Shown: positions 49,100 to 56,911 of the stretch, piece after piece
Layout: each line of letters starts with the position of its first letter
Numbering within the stretch: position 1 is the stretch's first letter
NCBI GenBank assembly: GCA_965242925.1
Contig: CBDEUM010000030.1
Coordinates: 288,001 to 352,000 of the forward strand
Length of the DNA: 64,000 nt
Origin: Roseibacillus sp.
Lineage (GTDB): Bacteria; Verrucomicrobiota; Verrucomicrobiia; Verrucomicrobiales; Akkermansiaceae
Reading direction: 5' to 3'
The notes under the pieces: model-generated
Databases searched by the model: none
What the model saw: only the letters and a program-made list of their open reading frames with translations
Told to the model about the DNA's origin: nothing
Program-made: the position numbers and the translations under genes

Positions 49100-52000
49100 T
49101 TGGGTCTTGCCTCCCCTGCCTCCATCGCGGAGCTTCCTTATGTGCCCTCCCTCCCTCGAGTCGGCAGAAAACTGCAATTGCTGCGCCTCTTTCTCGTCCT
49201 GACAACCCTTGTAGGACGGAGCTACGCCGAGCAATCGGGCAGAGACACGCCCGTTCCGGTCGCCCCCTATCTCAACGCGGTCTTCCCCTCCGTCCCGCCC
49301 GGTGGGGCGGGCGCCTGGAAGACCGTCCGTTCCTTTCCCAATCTCACCTTCACCGATCCCATGTGGGTTACGCCCTGGCCCGGCACCAATGACCTGCTCA
49401 TGGTCGAACGAATGGGACGCTTGCGAAGATTCCCCAATCGCCAGGACACGGTCCCGGCCGACGTCTCGACCATCCTCAACTGGAGAGGGCGCACGCAAAC
49501 CCGCGGCGACGACGGAGGATTCTACTCCGCGGTCTTCCATCCCAAGTTCACCGACCTCACTGATCCCAAACGCTTCCTCTTCCTCTGCTACACTCATCAG
49601 CTTCAAGAAGGAACCAACACCGTTCTTGGAGACTCCTACTGGCGACTCACTCGTCTTGAGTTCGATGCCACCGGCGCTGTCGTGCCGGGCTCCGAGACTA
49701 TTCTCATCAGCCTCTACGATCCGCAACGCTGGCACAACGGAGGAGCCATGTTCTTCGGTCCGAAAGGCTTCCTCTATCTCTCCAACGGCGACGGGGGACA
49801 CAGTGGGAACCCCTTTGAGAATGGACAGGTCCTCGACAAGAGTCTCTTCAGTGTGGTCATCCGGATCGACGTCGATGAGCGGGGAGGAACTGTCAGTCAT
49901 CCCATTCGCCGCCAACCGCAAGAGATCAAGGTCCTTCCTGAGGGAGTCACGACGAGCTACACCCAGAACTACTACATCCCAAGCGACAATCCCTGGGTCG
50001 AGGATCCCACCCTCCCTGGTGAGGAAGCCCCCTTCATGGAAGAGATCTACGCCTGCGGATTACGCAGTCCCCACACCATGCACTACGATCAGGGCACCGC
50101 TCAGGTCTGGCTCGGTGACGTGGGATTTCGTGACCGCGAAGAACTGAACCTCTTCCTTCTCGATCCGGAGAATCCCGTCCTCCCCAAGTCCGGCTCCAAT
50201 TTCGGCTGGGACAAACAGGAAGGATTTCTCGGCGGAAGACTTCCCATCGGAGCCCCAGGCATCGAGACCCTTCCGGTCCTCGACTACGATCGATCAGTCG
50301 GGGCCTGCATCATTGCGGGTGGCATCTACCGCGGGAGCCAACACGCCCTCGATCTCTTCGGCGATGTGGTCCTCGGCGACAACCGCACCGGGATGCTCTG
50401 GTCCGTCGACTATCAGGATGGTCGCCCTGCCCTCCTCAAGGAGTTGACCGTCCTCACCGACGGCGATCCTCTGCTCGGAGGAAACGTGCGAGGCCTCACC
50501 AACATCTGCCGCGATCAGGACGGCGAGCTTCTGCTTCTCTATTCAGCGAGCTCTAACAACCCCGCCGGGAAAATCTATACTCTCGAATCCTCCGCCCCCA
50601 ATCCGGAACCGCCCGCCCTGCTCTCTCAAACCGGAGCCTTCGCCGACCTGCCATCTCTCACCCCGGCTCCCTTCCTCCTCCCCTACTCCGTCAACAGCCC
50701 CCTCTGGTCCGACCGTGCGCTCAAGACCCGCTGGATCGCCCTGCCCAATGACGGGCTCCACGACAGTCCCGCCGAGCAGATCTCCTATCGTCAGAACGAC
50801 AACTGGATATTCCCCGCCGGCACCGTCCTGGTGAAACACTTCGAGCTGCCCGTCGATGAACGCGATCCCTCGCTCACCACCCGGCTCGAAACGCGCTTTA
50901 TCGTATGCCTTTCCGATGGCGGAAAGTATGGCGTGACCTACCGCTGGCGCCTCGACGGATCGGATGCCGATCTCATTTCGAACCGCGAGACCGCCGACTA
51001 CCAGATCACCCAGACTGACGGCACCGCCATCAATCAACGCTGGCAGTTCCCCGGCAGATCTGACTGCCTTAGCTGCCACAACTCGACTGCAGGCCAGGCC
51101 CTCGGCGTCCGCACTCACCAACTCAACGGATCGTTCTGCTATCCCGATTCACGGATTGTGGCCAATCAACTGGAGACCTGGAACGAATTGCAGATGCTTG
51201 ATCGCCCCCTCTTGAGATGGGAAATCGGAAGTAGTCTCCGCTCGACCCCGCTCCATGACGGGACCGTTCCTCTCGAACACCGGGTCCGTTCCTACCTCGA
51301 TTCCAACTGTGCTCATTGTCACCGCCCGGGAGCACTGGGTCCCGGCTTCGATGCCCGCCTCACCGTTCCCTTGCACAGCCAGAAGCTTCTCAACGAAGCG
51401 CTCCGCTCCGACCTCGAAGGACGATTCGATCTGGACCCATCTCACGAGAACGACGGGCAGCTCATCCCCGGAGATCCCGGTCTCTCCGCCGTGTATTTCC
51501 GACTCGCCCACCCCCAGCCGAGTCCCGCGGCAATGCCGCCCCTCGCCAAGAACCTCGTCGACCGGGAGGCCCTTCACGCGCTCGCAATTTGGATTCGCGG
51601 ATTACAGGGCACTTCCGCGACCTCCATCGGAGTTCAACTCGGCGGGCCCTCCGGACAAGTGGATGGGCCCTTCCCTCTCACCATCACCTTTGACCGTTCG
51701 GTCACCAACTTCCTGGAAGACGCAATCACCGTCAAAAACGGAACGATCATCAACCTAGCCGGACAAGGATACTTTTACACTGCGCAGGTGTTCCCCATCG
51801 CTTCGCCCGTCACCATTGAGATTCCTCCCGGTGTCATGGTCCGCGAAGGCCTTCCCAACGCAGCCTCCAATCAACTGCTCATTCCCTTCTCCCCGCAGCG
51901 TGATCAAGACCTCCGTCTGGAGTTCGATCACGACCCCGCCACCGAAACATTCCGCCTCAGCTGGCTCAGCAACCCGAATCGTGTCTATCATCTCCGCAGT

Positions 52001-52156
52001 GCGTCGAATCTCCTCGACCCTCCCCCCACTTGGCCCGTCTTCGGTCATTACACCAGGCTCCTCGCTCAACCTCCGAGAAACACCCTGGAGTTCGTCTTGC
52101 CCCCGGAAGAGTCTCGCTACTTCGTCATCGAAGCAGAGACAATCACTCCCAAGTAA
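49100..52156 (+). CDS. PQQ-dependent sugar/sorbosone dehydrogenase-like propeller fused to c-type cytochrome and Ig-like domains
   Basis: HNGGAMFFGPKGFLYLSNGDGG, EIYACGLRSPH, NSPLWSD, two CxxCH (CLSCH, CAHCH), MPPL; start uncertain. Confidence 0.85.
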   Translation: MGLASPASIAELPYVPSLPRVGRKLQLLRLFLVLTTLVGRSYAEQSGRDTPVPVAPYLNAVFPSVPPGGAGAWKTVRSFPNLTFTDPMWVTPWPGTNDLLMVERMGRLRRFPNRQDTVPADVSTILNWRGRTQTRGDDGGFYSAVFHPKFTDLTDPKRFLFLCYTHQLQEGTNTVLGDSYWRLTRLEFDATGAVVPGSETILISLYDPQRWHNGGAMFFGPKGFLYLSNGDGGHSGNPFENGQVLDKSLFSVVIRIDVDERGGTVSHPIRRQPQEIKVLPEGVTTSYTQNYYIPSDNPWVEDPTLPGEEAPFMEEIYACGLRSPHTMHYDQGTAQVWLGDVGFRDREELNLFLLDPENPVLPKSGSNFGWDKQEGFLGGRLPIGAPGIETLPVLDYDRSVGACIIAGGIYRGSQHALDLFGDVVLGDNRTGMLWSVDYQDGRPALLKELTVLTDGDPLLGGNVRGLTNICRDQDGELLLLYSASSNNPAGKIYTLESSAPNPEPPALLSQTGAFADLPSLTPAPFLLPYSVNSPLWSDRALKTRWIALPNDGLHDSPAEQISYRQNDNWIFPAGTVLVKHFELPVDERDPSLTTRLETRFIVCLSDGGKYGVTYRWRLDGSDADLISNRETADYQITQTDGTAINQRWQFPGRSDCLSCHNSTAGQALGVRTHQLNGSFCYPDSRIVANQLETWNELQMLDRPLLRWEIGSSLRSTPLHDGTVPLEHRVRSYLDSNCAHCHRPGALGPGFDARLTVPLHSQKLLNEALRSDLEGRFDLDPSHENDGQLIPGDPGLSAVYFRLAHPQPSPAAMPPLAKNLVDREALHALAIWIRGLQGTSATSIGVQLGGPSGQVDGPFPLTITFDRSVTNFLEDAITVKNGTIINLAGQGYFYTAQVFPIASPVTIEIPPGVMVREGLPNAASNQLLIPFSPQRDQDLRLEFDHDPATETFRLSWLSNPNRVYHLRSASNLLDPPPTWPVFGHYTRLLAQPPRNTLEFVLPPEESRYFVIEAETITPK

Positions 52157-52227
52157 CCGGCACAATGAATGGCGACGGCAAACTCCAGTTGGACGAGTTG
52201 AAAAAGTGAACAACCAGGAATTTGTTT

Positions 52228-53821
52228 ATGGATAAAGAACGCGAACAGAACTCAGAACTTAGCCGCCGTAAACTTCTAAAGAGCACGGCCGCTGCTGGAT
52301 TGGCCGTCTCCATTGGAGTTGGAAGCGAATCGCAGACGGCGGCCGCTGTTCTGGTCGGCGACAATCCCATCCGCAAAGAAAACGCCAAGACCGGCACTCG
52401 CGACTGGTTGCTAACCAAGACCGACATCACGAAGAACGAGCCAGTGAAGTTGTGGCGTTCGCCGAGGATCGAGGGTTACTGCTCGGCAACGAGTGTGAGC
52501 GCCGGCGACACACTCAAGATCATGGTGAGCACGAACCCGGTCTCCGAGTTCAACCTCGAAATCTATCGCACGGGTTATTACGGCGGCACCGGAGGGCGGT
52601 TCATGAAGCGATTTCGAGTCGCTGAAGGGCAAGACCCAGCCCGATCCTCCGGTTGGCAAACGTCGTCTACGAGAATGCAAGTGGGAACCTTCCGTGGAAT
52701 TTGAGATTCCCAAGGATTGGTTGAGTGGTGTTTACCTCGGCAAGCTCACCGCGAAGAAAGGTGGCGTGCAGAGCTACGTCATTTTCATTGTGCGTGATGA
52801 CCGGCCCTGCGACCTGATTTTCCAGTGCAGCGACCTGACCTGGCTGGCCTACAACAGCTGGCCCACCAACGAGTATTCGCTGTACCACAACGACAAGAAC
52901 GGCTACACGGGATATAAGAAAAGGAAGAAGTGGAGCACCGATGCAGCCGACACCGGGTGGGTGAGCTTTGACCGTCCCTACTCGCAGTTCTGCCAGGATC
53001 ATCTGGTCAAGAATCCCAAGTCCGTGGGCACGGGCGAATTTCTGCTTTGGGAATTCCCGCTCTCCTATTGGATCGAACAGCAGGGCTACGATTTGTCCTA
53101 CATTTCGAATGTGGATACCCACACGGACGGACCCGGACTAAAACGCGCCAAGGGTTTCATCTCCGTCGGCCACGACGAGTATTGGACGCGAGAGATGTAC
53201 GACAACGCCATTGCTGCCCGGGACGCAGGCGTTAACTTTGCCTTCCTGAGCGGTAACTCGGTCTGGGGTGTCGTGCCTTTGCTACCCTCCGCTACAGGGC
53301 AGCCTCACCGGGTCATGCACCGCGCAGGCAAGTTCCTGGGCGAGGATATCAACAGGATGTTGCACAAGCGAAAGGGCTGGACCTCCACGTTTCCGGCCGG
53401 ACCTGACGGAGCGCTGCTCATGGGAGGGCGCACCGCCGGAATTGGCGGTGGCGATTGGACCTGCACCAAGCCCGATCACTGGCTGTATGAAGGCACGGGG
53501 ATGAAGGAAGGCGATAAGGCCCAAGGCCTCATCGGCTGGGAATATCACGGCTCTCCGGTCAAGGACTTGCCCGGCATGGAAGTCGTCTCTCACAGCGTGG
53601 TAAAAGCCGGAAAGGGAAAGCCTCGGTCGCCGCATGTCGCCACGGTCTACAACGGGCCCAAGGGCAATATCGTATTCGACGCCGGAAGCATCTGGTGGGC
53701 GCAGGGTTTGTCATCGCCTCCCGGTCACGTGCTCCCCGCCAATAGGGCCGCCAAGCCGCAAGGCCCGGACAAGCGCGTGCAAAGCATGATGAAAAACGTG
53801 TTCGATCGGTTCATCAAGTAA
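52228..53821 (+). pseudogene. Tat-exported N,N-dimethylformamidase beta-subunit-like gene with single-base frameshift (or sequencing error)
   Basis: SRRKLLK; IEGYCSATSV, YRTGYYGG, SGVYLGKL, SFDRPY, SVGHDEYW; removing one T at 52612-52614 joins both ORFs (MKRFESLKGKTQPDPP...WEPSVEFEIP). Confidence 0.8.
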
Positions 53822-53853
53822 ATGCTAAGAAGCGGAAAAGGAATCACGGTGCT

Positions 53854-53985
53854 ATGAAGATATTCGTCCTGCTGTTTGCCGCGCTACTGGTCGCGGGTTG
53901 TGGTGAGAAGTCGTCATCCGAAGGTTCGGAGTCGGCCAGTGAGAAGCCAACGGCGTCCGATGAAAGCGCGGGGGCCGTGAGATAA
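53854..53985 (+). pseudogene. Orphan lipoprotein signal-peptide module (43 codons)
   Basis: MKIFVLLFAALLVAGCGEKSSSEGSESASEKPTASDESAGAVR*; first about 85 bp near-identical to the 33051 gene. Confidence 0.75.
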
Positions 53986-54014
53986 ACGCGGCTGCGCCTC
54001 CGCGGAATGGTCGT

Positions 54015-54191
54015 CCAGGACTCGGTCCGAAAAAGCAATTCCCCAGCAGCCGATCCGCGTGGATCGGGTCAGGGAATAATCGGTTGTCCCAGGTTTTACA
54101 CCTTTTGCATTCTTTCTCCGACGTGACGCGTCCTTTCAGCGGTCTGACGAGTCCGTAGGGTTCCCGTGATCCGGGGTAGCTGGGGGTGCAG
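54015..54191 (+). repeat. Junction repeat C-end/A'/D followed by inverted C-start
   Basis: GAAAAAGCAATTCCCCAGCAGCCGATCCGCGTGG, D block 54077-54165, then CCGGGGTAGCTGGGGGTGCAG (reverse complement of C start). Confidence 0.85.
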
Positions 54192-54254
54192 TCCCTGCCG
54201 AGAATCGGCTCATCTTGGTGGGGGGCAAAAAGGACTGACGAATCAGGTCCCGGC

Positions 54255-55223
54255 TCAGCTGGCGAGAATCCTGGCAAGCTCCAGCAGGTTCGCGGGCAGC
54301 TCGCGCGTCTCTTTCCAGGCCAGCTCGAGCTCGACCAGGGTGACCTGTCCATTTCGACTCGCCACCAGCTTCGAGGACTCTCCCGATAGCAGCGCGTCAA
54401 CCGCAGCCTTTCCGAAGAGCCCTCCCTGGACCCTGTCAGCGGCGCTGGGAGCGCCGCCGCGCTGGATGTAGCCCAGGACCGAGACGCGCGGATCGTAGCC
54501 TGACTGGTCGGAGATCTTCCGGGCGATCTCATAGGCGTTTCCCGCGTCGTCTCCCTCGGCGACCACCACGATGCTGGAGACCTTGCCGGCCTCGCGGCAG
54601 CGCTCGAGCTGGGCACAGAGCGCTGTGATATCCGTCGGCACCTCCGGCACCAGGACTCCCTCGGCGCCGCAGGCGAGCGCCACCTGGAGGGAGAGGAATC
54701 CCCGGTTGCGGCCCATGACCTCGACCAGGAAGAGCCGCTCGTGGGAGGTGGCCGTGTCGCGGATCTTGTCGATGGCCTCTACCGCGGTATTGACGGCCGT
54801 GTCGAACCCGAGGGCATAGTCAGTTCCGCCCACATCATTATCGATGGTTTTCGGTATCCCGATGAGCGGCAGGTTGGTCTGGCGCGCGAGCTCCGAGGCG
54901 CCGTTCAGCGAGCCATCGCCTCCGATCACGACCAGGCCCTCAATTCCGCGTTCGAGGAGGTGGGAGGCGGCTTTCTCCCGCGCCTCGGGTTCCCTGAATT
55001 CCGGACAGCGGCTGGAGCGGAGAACGGTTCCACCCAGGTTGACGATTCCCGCCACGCTGCGGGCATCCATGCGCTCCATCTCATTATCGATCAGGCCTCG
55101 CCACCCGCGGTGGACCCCGATGGTCTCGATGCCGCCGGCAAGGGCCGTTCTTACAACGGCGCGAATGCAGGGATTCAGGCCCGGGCAATCTCCTCCGCTG
55201 GTCAGCAGTGCTATTCGTTTCAA
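54255..55223 (-). CDS. pfkA: 6-phosphofructokinase
   Basis: LLTSGGDCPGLN, GGTVLRSSR, IGGDGS, PKTIDND, EVMGR, LGYIQRGG; TTG start at 55223. Confidence 0.93.
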   Translation of the reverse strand: MKRIALLTSGGDCPGLNPCIRAVVRTALAGGIETIGVHRGWRGLIDNEMERMDARSVAGIVNLGGTVLRSSRCPEFREPEAREKAASHLLERGIEGLVVIGGDGSLNGASELARQTNLPLIGIPKTIDNDVGGTDYALGFDTAVNTAVEAIDKIRDTATSHERLFLVEVMGRNRGFLSLQVALACGAEGVLVPEVPTDITALCAQLERCREAGKVSSIVVVAEGDDAGNAYEIARKISDQSGYDPRVSVLGYIQRGGAPSAADRVQGGLFGKAAVDALLSGESSKLVASRNGQVTLVELELAWKETRELPANLLELARILAS

Positions 55224-55282
55224 GTGCGGGGGGGGGGTACTCAGCAGCCAAGGTCCTCGTCGGTTGGATCCATTGCGGCCCT

Positions 55283-55354
55283 GGCTGCCAGGGAATTTCT
55301 TTTTCGGGCTATGTTTCCTGGAGGCTGAGGAGCCGGGGTAGGTGGGGGGGTGCA
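55283..55354 (-). repeat. Junction repeat module C (inverted)
   Basis: Minus strand TGCACCCCCCCACCTACCCCGGCTCCTCAGCCTCCAGGAAACATAGCCCGAAAAAGAAATTCCCTGGCAGCC. Confidence 0.9.
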
Positions 55355-55461
55355 GGCTTCGTTGGTCGCGGCTAGGCACCGCTGATGCCGGCGGCGATTG
55401 GCCAGAAGGATAAACTAGCCGGGTGAAAATGCCACATCAAAGCCTAGTCCCCGCTTGCCCC

Positions 55462-56877
55462 CTACGCCAGGATCGCCTTCACCACCTTGGCTGGTTCCAC
55501 CCCGGTGAGGCGGAAGTCGAGCCCTTGGAACTTGTAGCTGAACTTGCGGTAGTCGATGCCGAAGAGGTGCAGGAGGGTCGCGTGGAAGTCGTGCACCGTG
55601 ACCACATCCTTTTCCGCGTTGTAGCCCAGGTCGTCGGTCGCGCCGTGGCTCACACCGCCCTTGATCCCGCCGCCCGCAAACCACATCGAGAATCCCTTGA
55701 TGTGGTGGTCGCGTCCGTTGCCCTGCGCCATGGGAGTACGGCCGAACTCGCCGCCCCAGATCACCAGGGTGTCGTCCAGCATGCCGCGCTCCTTGAGATC
55801 TTTGATCAAGGCTGCGCTGCCCTGATCCACCAGGCGTGCAGTGTTCTGCGTGCCCCCCTTCACCCCGCCGTGGTGATCCCAACCGCGATGATAGAGTTGG
55901 ATAAAGCGCACACCGCGTTCGGCCAGACGACGCGCGAGCAGACAATTCGATGCAAAGGAGCCATCCCCCGGCTTGGCGCCATACATGTCGAGGACGTGCT
56001 TGGGCTCATTCGAGACATCCATCAGGCCCGGCACCGAGGCCTGCATCTTGAACGCCATCTCGTACTGCGCAATGCGGGCCGCGATCTCCGGATCGTCAAC
56101 TTCGCCGTCGTGAATCTGATTCAAAGCGTTCACGGTATCAACCACCGAGCGCTGGTCCTCGCGGGAGACTCCCTGCGGATTGCCCACGTAGAGCACCGGA
56201 TCACCCTTGGCATGGAAGGGGACACCCTGGAACCGGCTCGGAAGGAACCCGCTGTGCCACTGCCGGGCCGCGATGGGTTGGCTTTGGCCTCCTCCCACCG
56301 ACGTGAGAACCACGTAGCCCGGCAGGTCATCGGTCTCTGCTCCCAGCCCGTAGAGAAGCCAGGACCCCATACACGGGCGACCGGAAATCTGCGTGCCCGT
56401 ATTCATAAAGGTGTGGGCCGGATCGTGATTGATTTGCTCCGTCACCAGCGACCGCACGATAGCGATCTCGTCCGCCACCTCGCCAATGCGCGGGAAGATG
56501 GAACTGATATGCTGTCCGCTCTTCCCAAAGTTCTTGAACTCGTGCTGTGGTCCCAGGCACTTCAGGTTATTCCGGCTACCCTGTAACTGCGCGATGGGCT
56601 GACCCTCGGTAATCGACTTGGGCATGTCCTTGCCGTTCATCTCCGCAAGCTTGGGCTTGTAATCGAGGGTCTCAAGGTGGGAGGGGCCGCCCGCCATGCA
56701 CAGGTGAATGACTCGCTTGGCCCGGGGAAGAAGGTGCGGCTTCTTGATCACACCGGTCCATTTCTCGGCTTCAGCGGCACGGGATTCTTGCAGGATCGAC
56801 GCGAGCGCAAGAGCACCGATCCCTGTCGTCGACTTGTTGAGGAAGGAGCGGCGGTTCAGATAGTTGGGAAAGTCCAT
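55462..56877 (-). CDS. DUF1501 family protein
   Basis: NRRSFL, AKRVIHLCMAGGPSHLE, GGEFGRTP, GRDHH. Confidence 0.92.
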   Translation of the reverse strand: MDFPNYLNRRSFLNKSTTGIGALALASILQESRAAEAEKWTGVIKKPHLLPRAKRVIHLCMAGGPSHLETLDYKPKLAEMNGKDMPKSITEGQPIAQLQGSRNNLKCLGPQHEFKNFGKSGQHISSIFPRIGEVADEIAIVRSLVTEQINHDPAHTFMNTGTQISGRPCMGSWLLYGLGAETDDLPGYVVLTSVGGGQSQPIAARQWHSGFLPSRFQGVPFHAKGDPVLYVGNPQGVSREDQRSVVDTVNALNQIHDGEVDDPEIAARIAQYEMAFKMQASVPGLMDVSNEPKHVLDMYGAKPGDGSFASNCLLARRLAERGVRFIQLYHRGWDHHGGVKGGTQNTARLVDQGSAALIKDLKERGMLDDTLVIWGGEFGRTPMAQGNGRDHHIKGFSMWFAGGGIKGGVSHGATDDLGYNAEKDVVTVHDFHATLLHLFGIDYRKFSYKFQGLDFRLTGVEPAKVVKAILA

Positions 56878-56911
56878 GGAGTTCGCTGTTCAGAGTTCGG
56901 TCTTCAGCGGC

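Noticed and set aside
54143..54165. Hammerhead ribozyme (CTGACGAGTCCGTAGG resembles the core)
   Set aside because: No downstream GAAA and stem III; the paralogous copy reads CTGACGCG.
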